64,000 nucleotides of DNA from Saprospiraceae bacterium. Its GTDB lineage: Bacteria > Bacteroidota > Bacteroidia > Chitinophagales > Saprospiraceae. Below are positions 30,175 through 39,114 of the stretch, in pieces. Position 1 is the stretch's first letter, and every line of letters starts with the position of its first letter. The position numbers and the translations under genes were made by a program. The stretch lies in assembly GCA_016714895.1 (NCBI GenBank), contig JADKBV010000008.1:1523-65522 (forward strand), written 5' to 3'. The notes beneath the pieces were generated by a model that worked only from the letters and a program-made list of their open reading frames with translations, did not search any database and had not been told where the DNA came from.

Positions 30175-32109
30175 ATGTATCGTATTTTTTTTATGTTGAT
30201 GGTTTTGTTTTTATTTTCTGAAAGCAAAGCCCAGAATCCTTTTGAAGAACATTATTGCAGTAAGGCTAATCTGAAATCTTCATCGTTTAATCCGATGATG
30301 CGTTCGTATGCGCGGACAGCGGATTATGATCTCAAATATTATCGGTTTGAATGGAATATCGATCCGGCCCAATATTACATTTCCGGAGTGGTTACGCCTT
30401 ATTTTTTAGTATTGGAATCCGGATTCTCAAGTATTTATTTTGATTTGTCAAAAGCAATGACCATTGACAGTATCCTATGGCATGGGCAAAAACTGGGCTT
30501 TGACCAGCCGGCAGAATACGGGTTAGAAATTCAGTTTCCGGCCAATGTCGCCCAAAATTCTTTAGACAGTCTGTCCATCTTTTACAGAGGAGTACCTCCA
30601 TCGAGTGGATTTGGATCGTTTATTCAGACAGAACACAGCGGAACCCCGGTATTATGGACGCTATCCGAACCCTTCGGAGCGCAGGATTGGTGGCCTTGTA
30701 AAAACGGTTTGGATGACAAGATCGACAGTATTGATGTCATTGTCACCACGCCGGAAATCTACAGAGCAGCGAGCAATGGTGTTTTAGTAGCTGAGCCTCA
30801 AGCTGTCAATGGCAAAAAGACCTTTCATTGGAAACACAGACATGCCATTACGCCTTATTTGGTAGCCATTGCTGTGACCAATTACGAGGTATATGAAGAT
30901 GTCGTGACTTTTGCTGATGGATATGAAATGCCGATGGTAAATTATGTTTATCCCGAAAGTTTGACGCAAGCTAAATTGGGAACAGCCGACAATGTCAGGG
31001 TTTTGACGTTTTTCGACTCTCTTTTTGTGGAATATCCTTTTAAAAATGAAAAATACGGTCATGCCCAATTCAGTTGGGGTGGGGGCATGGAACATCAGAC
31101 CATGAGTTTTGTCATCAACTATGGTTGGGGTTTATTGGCTCACGAACTGGCACATCAATGGTTTGGAGACTATGTGACCTGTGGGTCGTGGGAAGATATC
31201 TGGCTCAACGAAGGTTTTGCCACCTACCTCGAAGGTTTGAGCAGAGAACGATTTCCGCAGTCTAATAATGACTGGTACAATTGGAAGCTGAGTAAAATTA
31301 ATTCTGTGACATCCAATTCCGGAGGTTCTGTCAAAGTGGACAATCCCACTTCCGTCAATCGTATTTTTAGTGGAAGATTATCTTATAATAAGGGTTCTTA
31401 TTTGCTACATATGCTCCGTTGGAAACTCGGAGATGACGATTTTTTTGGCGGATTAAGAAGATATCTCAACGACAGAAAATATAATTATGCCACTACGGAA
31501 CAATTGCGTGATCATCTTGAAGATGTATCCGGTTTTGATCTGACATCTTTTTTTGAACAGTGGTATGAAGGCCAGGGTTATCCGACTTATAATATCACAT
31601 GGGCAAGTACATCCGGGGCATTAAAATTAATGATTGATCAGGTTCCATCTCATGCTTCCGTAAGCTATTTTGATATTCCGATACCTTTGAGATTGAGTGG
31701 TGCGGGTAAGATTGAGGATGTCAGGGTGGAAATCACAGGAAGAACCACTTATGTCGAATTACCGACGGATTTTGAGGTTGAAAATGTGCTTTTTGATCCG
31801 GAATTATGGGTTCTGGCTAAAAGTAACGTAGAATATGATGAAAGTTTGCTGACGAGTGTTTCGGGAACCAATGAACAAAAGATTCGTATTTACCCCAATC
31901 CGGTGGGTGAACAACTATTTATAAAAGGGCTTACCGAAAAAATCGTACAATACAAAATCTATCTTCCGGGAGGTCAGGAAGTTTTTTCCGGGGAATGTGA
32001 TCAATACCGCGATATGATATCCACAAATGGTTTGGCTAAGGGTTTGTATTTTATAGAATGTTCGGGACAAAAAACTACTGAAATCTTTCGTTTTATCAAA
32101 GTGGAATAA
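30175..32109 (+). CDS. Secreted M1-family zinc aminopeptidase with a T9SS C-terminal sorting domain
   Basis: It has a signal peptide, the zinc site HELAHQWFGD plus WLNEGFATY, and a C-terminal IRIYPNPVGEQLFIKGL...GLYFIECSG...FRFIKVE. Confidence 0.88.
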   Translation: MYRIFFMLMVLFLFSESKAQNPFEEHYCSKANLKSSSFNPMMRSYARTADYDLKYYRFEWNIDPAQYYISGVVTPYFLVLESGFSSIYFDLSKAMTIDSILWHGQKLGFDQPAEYGLEIQFPANVAQNSLDSLSIFYRGVPPSSGFGSFIQTEHSGTPVLWTLSEPFGAQDWWPCKNGLDDKIDSIDVIVTTPEIYRAASNGVLVAEPQAVNGKKTFHWKHRHAITPYLVAIAVTNYEVYEDVVTFADGYEMPMVNYVYPESLTQAKLGTADNVRVLTFFDSLFVEYPFKNEKYGHAQFSWGGGMEHQTMSFVINYGWGLLAHELAHQWFGDYVTCGSWEDIWLNEGFATYLEGLSRERFPQSNNDWYNWKLSKINSVTSNSGGSVKVDNPTSVNRIFSGRLSYNKGSYLLHMLRWKLGDDDFFGGLRRYLNDRKYNYATTEQLRDHLEDVSGFDLTSFFEQWYEGQGYPTYNITWASTSGALKLMIDQVPSHASVSYFDIPIPLRLSGAGKIEDVRVEITGRTTYVELPTDFEVENVLFDPELWVLAKSNVEYDESLLTSVSGTNEQKIRIYPNPVGEQLFIKGLTEKIVQYKIYLPGGQEVFSGECDQYRDMISTNGLAKGLYFIECSGQKTTEIFRFIKVE

Positions 32110-32145
32110 AAAATAGTATAAAATTTGGTTACTCAGGGTGAAAAA

Positions 32146-32176
32146 ATGAGCGTCTTTAAGGCGCTCATTTTTTTTT
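32146..32176 (+). terminator. Rho-independent terminator after the M1 peptidase gene
   Basis: ATGAGCG (32146-32152) pairs with CGCTCAT (32162-32168) around a 9-nt loop, followed by a T9 run. Confidence 0.75.
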
Positions 32177-32216
32177 GGTTACAGCAGTTTGTTTTCCCGT
32201 TTATAAAAAACATAAA

Positions 32217-32280
32217 CGATATTTTTGGAATTTATGACATAATGACCGATATTTTTAATGGTAAAATGTCATAATGACAT
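32217..32280. promoter_or_regulatory. Repeat cluster upstream of the hsp20 pair (candidate operator)
   Basis: CGATATTTTT occurs twice (32217-32226, 32247-32256). ATGACAT-type half-sites lie at 32234, 32243 and 32274. A 7-1-7 palindrome, ATGTCAT A ATGACAT, lies at 32266-32280. Confidence 0.3.
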
Positions 32281-32384
32281 GAAATTTTGAAAAATTAAGA
32301 CATTTTTACATAATTTTGGCATTGGTATTTATTTTGTACAATACTATTTGTAATTTAAATCAATAACCATTAAAATTTTACAAA

Positions 32385-32780
32385 ATGTACACAGTAGCGT
32401 ATAAAAGACCAATGCAAAAAATAGGATTCAACAAACAAAATCCTGAAAATGGAAAAAACAGACAACATTTGAATATGATGCCACTTTCAAATATTGAAGT
32501 GTTGGAATCAGGCTGGAATATTTATCTCGGTGTTCCGGGTTATGTGAAAGAGGAAGTGTCCATATCTCTGGATAAAGAGTTGTTGACCATCCAGGGAGAA
32601 CATCCGGTTTCAGAGCATTCATTTGTAAAAAATGAATGGAATGCCGGACCATTCAAAAGATCTTTCAGGTTGCCTGAAAATGCGGATACGGAAAATATCG
32701 CAGCTGAAATGAATAACGGAATTCTTACCGTTTTTATTCCCAAAAAAGAAAAGAGGGTTTCAAAAATAGATATTAAATAA
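32385..32780 (+). CDS. Small heat-shock protein (Hsp20/alpha-crystallin family)
   Basis: Alpha-crystallin-like core: NIEVLESGWNIYLGVPGYVKEEVSISLDKELLTIQGEH...FKRSFRLPENADTENIAAEMNNGILTVFIPKK. Confidence 0.85.
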   Translation: MYTVAYKRPMQKIGFNKQNPENGKNRQHLNMMPLSNIEVLESGWNIYLGVPGYVKEEVSISLDKELLTIQGEHPVSEHSFVKNEWNAGPFKRSFRLPENADTENIAAEMNNGILTVFIPKKEKRVSKIDIK

Positions 32781-32811
32781 TTATTCATTAATAATATAAA
32801 AACAAAAAATT

Positions 32812-33252
32812 ATGAACAAGTTAAGAATGCATTCAGATTTTCCGGTAAAAACATTTTCTAATGTTTTGGACGAAATTTTCAACAGAAGTTTAGGTGACTT
32901 TGTAGGATTTGATAATACACATACTGTGCCTGCGGTCAATATTCGCGAGACAGACGAACAATATATGCTGGAAATGGCGGCCCCGGGCTTTGACAAATCC
33001 GATTTTAATGTTCAGCTGGAAAACAATCAGTTGGTCATATCAGCTGAAAAAAAGACCGAAGGCGAAAAAACCGAAGGTAAATATGCCAGAAAAGAATTTC
33101 ATTTTGAGAAGTTTTCAAGAAGTTTCACCCTTCCGGAAACAGCAGACTTCAACAAAATTGAAGCACAATACGATAAAGGTGTTTTGCACCTGCACATAGC
33201 TAAAAAAGAAGAAGCAAAAGTGCAGCCTGCCAAAACAATCGAAATTAAATGA
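32812..33252 (+). CDS. Small heat-shock protein (Hsp20/alpha-crystallin family), tandem paralogue
   Basis: PAVNIRETDEQYMLEMAAPGFDKSDFNVQLENNQLVISAEK...FSRSFTLPETADFNKIEAQYDKGVLHLHIAKK. Confidence 0.9.
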   Translation: MNKLRMHSDFPVKTFSNVLDEIFNRSLGDFVGFDNTHTVPAVNIRETDEQYMLEMAAPGFDKSDFNVQLENNQLVISAEKKTEGEKTEGKYARKEFHFEKFSRSFTLPETADFNKIEAQYDKGVLHLHIAKKEEAKVQPAKTIEIK

Positions 33253-33291
33253 TAAGGTAGTACGAGTTTTTAGATTTTGGTTTTAGGGAGG

Positions 33292-33330
33292 TCCCCTTGT
33301 CTGGAAATCAGGCGAGGGGATTTTTGTTTT
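33292..33330 (+). terminator. Terminator hairpin after the second hsp20 gene
   Basis: TCCCCTTG (33292-33299) pairs with CGAGGGGA (33313-33320, one G-U pair), followed by TTTTTGTTTTT. Confidence 0.6.
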
Positions 33331-33381
33331 TCAGGTTTTGTTTTTAACAATCCATTTACAGCAATTTTATTGCATTTATAT

Positions 33382-33389
33382 TACCTTTG
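33382..33389 (+). promoter_or_regulatory. Candidate -7 box TACCTTTG immediately upstream of the mnmG ATG
   Basis: It matches TAnnTTTG and ends 4 nt before ATG 33394. Confidence 0.3.
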
Positions 33390-33393
33390 CGTC

Positions 33394-35259
33394 ATGTTTC
33401 CAAAGTATCATGTCATTGTAGTCGGTGCCGGTCATGCCGGTTGCGAAGCTGCCGTTGCCGCGGCCAATATGGGTTCCAAAGTTTTATTGGTCACCATGAA
33501 TATGAATACCATTGCCCAGATGTCGTGCAATCCTGCCATGGGTGGCGTTGCCAAAGGTCAGATCGTCCGTGAAGTAGACGCTTTAGGCGGATATTCGGGT
33601 ATCGTTTCTGATGAATCGATGGTTCAGTTTCGTATGCTCAATCTATCTAAAGGTCCTGCCATGTGGAGCCCGCGTACCCAAAATGACAGAATGTTGTTTG
33701 CCTCGATGTGGCGACAAAAACTGGAAGAACATCCCAATATCGATTTCTGGCAGGAATCCGTTCCCGGGCTCATCGTCAAAAACGGTGTTTGTAAAGGTAT
33801 ATTAACCTCTTTAGGTCTCGAAATAGAATCTGATGCTGTCGTCCTGACCAACGGAACCTTCCTGAACGGTATCATCCACATCGGCGAAAAACAATTCGGT
33901 GGTGGAAGAGCCGGAGAAAAAGCAGCTACAGGAATAACGGAACAATTGCTTACCTTGGGTTTTGAGTCCGGCAGAATGAAAACAGGTACTCCGCCTCGAA
34001 TCGACGGTCGCTCTTTGGATTATTCCAAAATGGAGTTGCAGCCGGGAGATGAAAACATTCAAAGGTTTTCATATACACAAACCAAACTGCCGGAAAAACA
34101 ACTTCCTTGCCACATAACCTATACCAGCGACAAAGTCCATGAAACCCTAAAGGAAGGTTTTGAAAAATCACCCATGTTTAACGGCAGAATCCAGGGTCTC
34201 GGTCCAAGGTACTGTCCGTCGATCGAAGATAAAATCAATCGTTTTGCCGACAAGGAAAGACATCAGCTATTTGTAGAACCTGAAGGTTGGAATACCTGCG
34301 AAATTTATGTCAACGGATTTTCTTCGTCTTTGCCGGAAGATGTCCAATACAAAGCACTGAAACAAGTTCCCGGATTTGAAAACATGAAAATGTTCCGACC
34401 GGGTTATGCCATTGAATACGATTATTTTCCACCGGTCCAACTCAATATGAATCTGGAGACCAAACAGGTAAAAAATTTGTTTTTTGCCGGTCAAATCAAC
34501 GGAACCACAGGATATGAAGAGGCAGCTTGCCAGGGATTGATGGCCGGTATCAACGCCCATCTGGCCATTTCTGACAAAGAACCTTTTATTTTGAAAAGAT
34601 CAGAAGCTTATATAGGTGTTCTCATCGATGATTTGGTCAACAAGGGCACCAACGAGCCTTACCGGATGTTTACTTCCAGGGCAGAATACAGGATTTTGCT
34701 GAGACAGGACAATGCGGATCTGCGGTTGACTCCTTTGGTACACGCATTGGGAATGAAAGGATTGGAAGAAAGAATGACTTTGGTAGAAAAGAAAAAAGAA
34801 GATATCGTTCAGGCAGAAAAAATATTTGATTCGTACAGCGTGGATCCGGAATTGATCAATGATTTTTTGGAGTCCAAAGATTCTTCCCCGTTGAAACAAA
34901 AAGTCAAACTGCGTTCTGTCATAACCCGACCGAATGTAACTTTGGACGAAATACGGCAAACCATCGGAGAACTGGATGTTCTTTTTGATACCCTCGAACA
35001 GGAATCTGTCATGAGTGCGGAAATCGCCATCAAATACGATGGATATATCCGTAAAGAACAGGAAATGGTCGATAAGATGGAAAGACTGGAGGCCGTCCGC
35101 CTGTATGATGACCTCAATTATGGCAATATGACGTCTCTTTCAATTGAAGCCAGAGAAAAATTAAATAAAGTCCGACCCAGAACCATAGGGCAGGCAAGCA
35201 GAATCAGCGGTGTGTCACCGTCAGATATATCTATTCTTCTGGTACATTTGGGGAGGTAA
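33394..35259 (+). CDS. mnmG: tRNA uridine-5-carboxymethylaminomethyl(34) synthesis enzyme MnmG
   Basis: It starts MFPKYHVIVVGAGHAGCEAA (FAD site) and has conserved ...GPRYCPSIEDK... and FFAGQINGTTGYEEAA motifs. The track ORF start at 33277 is a spurious upstream extension. Confidence 0.95.
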   Translation: MFPKYHVIVVGAGHAGCEAAVAAANMGSKVLLVTMNMNTIAQMSCNPAMGGVAKGQIVREVDALGGYSGIVSDESMVQFRMLNLSKGPAMWSPRTQNDRMLFASMWRQKLEEHPNIDFWQESVPGLIVKNGVCKGILTSLGLEIESDAVVLTNGTFLNGIIHIGEKQFGGGRAGEKAATGITEQLLTLGFESGRMKTGTPPRIDGRSLDYSKMELQPGDENIQRFSYTQTKLPEKQLPCHITYTSDKVHETLKEGFEKSPMFNGRIQGLGPRYCPSIEDKINRFADKERHQLFVEPEGWNTCEIYVNGFSSSLPEDVQYKALKQVPGFENMKMFRPGYAIEYDYFPPVQLNMNLETKQVKNLFFAGQINGTTGYEEAACQGLMAGINAHLAISDKEPFILKRSEAYIGVLIDDLVNKGTNEPYRMFTSRAEYRILLRQDNADLRLTPLVHALGMKGLEERMTLVEKKKEDIVQAEKIFDSYSVDPELINDFLESKDSSPLKQKVKLRSVITRPNVTLDEIRQTIGELDVLFDTLEQESVMSAEIAIKYDGYIRKEQEMVDKMERLEAVRLYDDLNYGNMTSLSIEAREKLNKVRPRTIGQASRISGVSPSDISILLVHLGR

Positions 35260-35318
35260 AACGTAACAAATCATACAACATTAGGGTTGTATTAACGACC
35301 ATTATATAAATAACAAAC

Positions 35319-36791
35319 ATGAATCGAGTTTTTATTATCATCATAAGTACCGTGTTTCTTTTTCAAACAAATATTCTTTGGAGCCAACAAACCGGAAAAG
35401 TCGCGGAAAATTCTAGAACCTCTTCCAAAAAAGAAGTGCTTAAGGCCCTGAATGCTTATGTCGAATACGTCAACGAAGTCAATAACTATCTGCCGATCAT
35501 CAACAGTCTGATGGTGGATTATAATATGAAACTGAATACTTTTGTGGATTTGCCTTCACACCAGCCTTCGCAGTTTACCAATGCATTATTTCCGGACAAT
35601 CTTTTTGATGATGTAATCTTCCAGCATTCGCCCAATGCTTTGTTTCAAAAAGCCATTCAACTTTCATCCGTATTGCCTCAGGCTGACAAAACCAAGTTGG
35701 TTAGTATGGCGACACAGTTTAAAGATAATACCAGTTATATCAATACATCCAGGTTTGAAGTAGAACAAATGCTTGTCAAACTCGACCTGACAAAAATGGA
35801 AAATATTACCAAGGTGTATGATAAAATGGAGACGGTAGCCAAAGCATTTAAAGACTCCAAAAAGTTTCAGTATGAATTGGAATATCAAATCAAAACGACG
35901 TACAAAAACTTTTTGGGCGGTGCGCCGGGCAATACCGAAACCATATATAAAGCGCTTGATGAGGTCTACCATTTGGCCCGACTTGAAATAGAAGCTGTGT
36001 ATGAAAATAATAATGAAGAATTACCGGGAATTATGTCATCCTTTCAACAAACCATCAATCAACTGAAAGCGATCGACCTGAAAGAATACAACGGAACTTT
36101 CTGGATGAATCCGTTTACCCAATCCAAACTGACTTCGATTGTTCAGAAAGCAGAAGGATTACAAACAGAAGCAAACAGATTCAATTCTTTTGACAATATT
36201 CCCGAAAAATTTAATTTGTACGGACGAAATTATTATTTCTATAATCATGCATTTTTGGTAAAACTTAATCGTTTTGGAATGGGTGTTGCCGCCGAAATAA
36301 ATGAGATATATGTTAATAATAAGGTCGACAAACTGTTGTACTTTGAATTACCTTATGACTACAAGGTTGTATACCCGAGAAAAATACGGGAAGAAGTTTT
36401 CCTTCCTGCCACCGCTACTTTTATCAAAAGTGTTCCACAAAAAGTGCAGGACAGAGAAGTTGTCAAAGCAGATAGAGTGATTGAAGTCGACAGAACTGAA
36501 ATAGAGTTTGAAGTATATGACCATAAGATCATTGACAATGATGTTGTCTCCATCTTATTTAACGGAGACTGGATTTTGGAAAAATTCAAAATCAATGAGA
36601 AAAAACACAAGTTTAAGATAAAACTCAATGAAAGCGGGGTCAATTATCTTTTGTTACACGCTGTTGACGAGGGTAGAAGACCACCTGCAACAATTGCCAT
36701 CAACTATTATGCAAACAATGTTAAAAATCAGATTATCCTGAATTCCACCATCACAAAAAGTGAGTTGATCGAGATTGTACTGAAGAAGTGA
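35319..36791 (+). CDS. Secreted hypothetical protein
   Basis: 490 aa with signal peptide MNRVFIIIISTVFLFQTNILWSQQ. Its codon and GC character resemble the neighbouring genes. I recognise no family motif. Confidence 0.6.
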   Translation: MNRVFIIIISTVFLFQTNILWSQQTGKVAENSRTSSKKEVLKALNAYVEYVNEVNNYLPIINSLMVDYNMKLNTFVDLPSHQPSQFTNALFPDNLFDDVIFQHSPNALFQKAIQLSSVLPQADKTKLVSMATQFKDNTSYINTSRFEVEQMLVKLDLTKMENITKVYDKMETVAKAFKDSKKFQYELEYQIKTTYKNFLGGAPGNTETIYKALDEVYHLARLEIEAVYENNNEELPGIMSSFQQTINQLKAIDLKEYNGTFWMNPFTQSKLTSIVQKAEGLQTEANRFNSFDNIPEKFNLYGRNYYFYNHAFLVKLNRFGMGVAAEINEIYVNNKVDKLLYFELPYDYKVVYPRKIREEVFLPATATFIKSVPQKVQDREVVKADRVIEVDRTEIEFEVYDHKIIDNDVVSILFNGDWILEKFKINEKKHKFKIKLNESGVNYLLLHAVDEGRRPPATIAINYYANNVKNQIILNSTITKSELIEIVLKK

Positions 36792-36806
36792 TAAAATTGT
36801 TTTTGT

Positions 36807-37508
36807 TTATTGTTTAAGATTTACATATTCTTGCTGAAGATAATCAAAATAGTGTTGAACTGCATCAAAAAAATGCCTCGAAACTTTTGTATTAAATGGG
36901 TGAATTAAAGATTTATCTATTTTCCTTTTTGTGTAGTCTATAATGCCCTCATAATCATTTGAAGAAGTTTTCTTATCAATTACTGATTTATTCTCAAAAT
37001 TTTGATTGCTTAAACTCGAATTACTTATAATATTTAAAAGATTACCATGCGCAATTTGATTTCTAAAAGAAACCAATTGCTTTAAAGTCTCTGCATATTT
37101 ACTCTGATCTTCGGCTTTCTTAAAAAATTTTATATTACCTTTTTCAGGCAAATTATGTAAATTGTTTAGAATCTGTCGAAGTTTTAAAATAAGTGATTTA
37201 TCATTAAGTTGTTTAATTCTTTTAGGATCCCCTTCTAATGGTTTTTTATTTGGATAATCAGTGTTACTTTTAATATCATTTCTGTAAGGTGACAAAATTT
37301 CTTTAATTCTACATTCAATAGCTGCACACAAAGTTATGATTAACATAGCATGAAAAGCTGATTCAGGTAAACCATCAGAGTCCTTTTTATTTAATAACAT
37401 GTCAACTACCCTTAACATATCTTTAGATTCTAATGGATTGTATTGATTGCCAAGAGACATAATTTCAGATTTTGTTATTTTTATTAGATTATTGTTGTTG
37501 ATTTTCAT
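36807..37508 (-). CDS. Orphan HEPN-like protein (Rx4H motif), candidate RNase toxin or abortive-infection factor
   Basis: 233 aa with a mostly helical-looking sequence and the motif LVSFRNQIAHGNL (R-N-Q-I-A-H, an Rx4H pattern). It is very AT-rich: 15 G+C in the 60 nt at 37021-37080, against 26 in 37861-37920 of the next gene. Confidence 0.55.
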   Translation of the reverse strand: MKINNNNLIKITKSEIMSLGNQYNPLESKDMLRVVDMLLNKKDSDGLPESAFHAMLIITLCAAIECRIKEILSPYRNDIKSNTDYPNKKPLEGDPKRIKQLNDKSLILKLRQILNNLHNLPEKGNIKFFKKAEDQSKYAETLKQLVSFRNQIAHGNLLNIISNSSLSNQNFENKSVIDKKTSSNDYEGIIDYTKRKIDKSLIHPFNTKVSRHFFDAVQHYFDYLQQEYVNLKQ

Positions 37509-37570
37509 ATCACTACTTTTGATTTAATAAACAATCTCCACAATACTTCAGCACCAAAAAACTAAAATAC

Positions 37571-37602
37571 CACTATACCACACCACCACTATACCACACC
37601 AC
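37571..37602. repeat. Perfect tandem direct repeat, 2 x 16 nt (CACTATACCACACCAC), flanked by AAAATAC on both sides
   Basis: Read directly: unit 1 is 37571-37586 and unit 2 is 37587-37602. It lies in the 118-nt spacer between the beta-barrel gene stop (37627) and the HEPN-like gene ATG (37508). Confidence 0.9.
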
Positions 37603-37626
37603 CAAAATACCAAAAAACCTCTGGGC

Positions 37627-38514
37627 TTATTCCTTTTTCCTCTTTACCGTGAAGACTCTGCTGATGTTGAAACCGAAATGGATGTCACCATTAGTCCAGC
37701 TGCCGGTATTTTCTGTAAAAAAGGCTTTTTCGATCATGGCTGTACTGTTGGTCACATGCAATTGGAAAACGTGTCCTCCGGTTTCGATGTCAAAACCTAC
37801 TGACAATCCATTGGTATATCGTTCCAATATCTGATCAGGCAATACATAGGTGTACTCACCGTTTAAAGCAACCCTTTTGGTCAGTTTGATTCTACCGCCG
37901 ATGCCTAAACCATAAACGTCGTTTTTTTCTGCAGAGGTAGCCACTAGATTTCGGTGTACCACTGTGGGGCTTAATTGTAAAGAAAAGCGATCACTGAATT
38001 TTCTTCCCAAAATCATCTGGAAAGTATAATATAACCGGGAACTGAAAAAGTTTTCTCTGTCGGGTTCCTGCCATTTTAAGGTCTGAACAGCAGTCGTCGC
38101 CAAAAAGGCTAAAGTCACCGGCATATTGCGTTTTCCTGTGCTCTGTCTTAATAATTTGTATTTGATATATCCGTCATATGCTTTTTCAAGGCTGCTTCTC
38201 CCGACGCCGACCGTAAGTCTGTCTGTGATGCCGTAGTCAAAACCAAAACGAATCTGTGCACCATCCAATCCAAATAATTCGTAAAATCCACCACTCAAAA
38301 AACCAAACCGGTGAGAAATTTTAAAATCCAAAACTCCGGAAGCTGTACTTTCCAATGAATGTAAGTTGACAACCCTGTTGGTTTTGAAACTTGCATCCAC
38401 ATATTCTGTCGTCTCTTCCTCAGGTCCCAATAAGGAAAGCAGATCCTCTTCCTGAGCGTTTGTAATCAAAGGAAAAGCCAACATTAAAACTAAAAATATT
38501 CTAGATAATACCAT
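37627..38514 (-). CDS. Outer-membrane beta-barrel protein (DUF5777-like)
   Basis: It has signal peptide MVLSRIFLVLMLAFPLITNAQ and the stretch ...VLDFKISHRFGFLSGGFYELFGLDGAQIRFGFDYGITDRLTVGVGRSS... The family name is recalled from memory. Confidence 0.6.
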   Translation of the reverse strand: MVLSRIFLVLMLAFPLITNAQEEDLLSLLGPEEETTEYVDASFKTNRVVNLHSLESTASGVLDFKISHRFGFLSGGFYELFGLDGAQIRFGFDYGITDRLTVGVGRSSLEKAYDGYIKYKLLRQSTGKRNMPVTLAFLATTAVQTLKWQEPDRENFFSSRLYYTFQMILGRKFSDRFSLQLSPTVVHRNLVATSAEKNDVYGLGIGGRIKLTKRVALNGEYTYVLPDQILERYTNGLSVGFDIETGGHVFQLHVTNSTAMIEKAFFTENTGSWTNGDIHFGFNISRVFTVKRKKE

Positions 38515-38635
38515 GGTGAAAAATTTTACAGAACAAAAGTAAGATACTTTTTGAAAATTTTTCTGAAATCGTATGATTTTACACCGAATCAGGAATATGA
38601 CAACCCGAATCTTCCTTTGGATTGTATTAAAGGAA

Positions 38636-39103
38636 CTATGATAACCAATCCATTATTTCTTCCGAAAGGGGTTCTGTTCCCGGGGTAAGACATTGTTCGA
38701 GATTACCTTTTTCATCGACCAAAAATTTCTGAAAATTCCAGGTTACTTCAAAGTCGCCGATACCGTTTTTGTCCTTTGAGCACAACCACTCATACAAAGG
38801 GTGGGGTTGGTCTGTGATTTTCATTTTTTTCGTAAGGGGAAAAGTAACCCCGTAATTTTTTTCACAAAATAACTGAATCTCATTTTCGTTTCCGGGTTCC
38901 TGACCTCCAAAATCGTTACAAGGGCAACCCAAAACAATCAGTTTGTCTTTGTTTTGCTCATATAATTCCTGTAGACCGGCATATTGTCGGGTGTAGCCAC
39001 ATTCTGAAGCAACATTGACAATCAATACTTTTTTTCCGGAAAAATAGTCCTGCGGAATTTTTTTGCCGTTAAGGTCATGTAAGGTAATATCCTGTAAACG
39101 CAT
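38636..39103 (-). CDS. Glutathione peroxidase (Cys type)
   Basis: Motifs VLIVNVASECGYT, LGCPCNDFGGQEPG and WNFQKFLVD. ATG 39103 (MRLQDITLHDLNGKK) is the true start; the track ORF runs 195 nt further upstream into the neighbouring gene. Confidence 0.9.
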   Translation of the reverse strand: MRLQDITLHDLNGKKIPQDYFSGKKVLIVNVASECGYTRQYAGLQELYEQNKDKLIVLGCPCNDFGGQEPGNENEIQLFCEKNYGVTFPLTKKMKITDQPHPLYEWLCSKDKNGIGDFEVTWNFQKFLVDEKGNLEQCLTPGTEPLSEEIMDWLS

Positions 39104-39114
39104 GGTATGATGAT

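Noticed and set aside
37571-37602. A possible CRISPR array or minisatellite.
   Set aside because: There are only two directly abutting 16-nt units with no spacers. No cas genes occur anywhere in the window.
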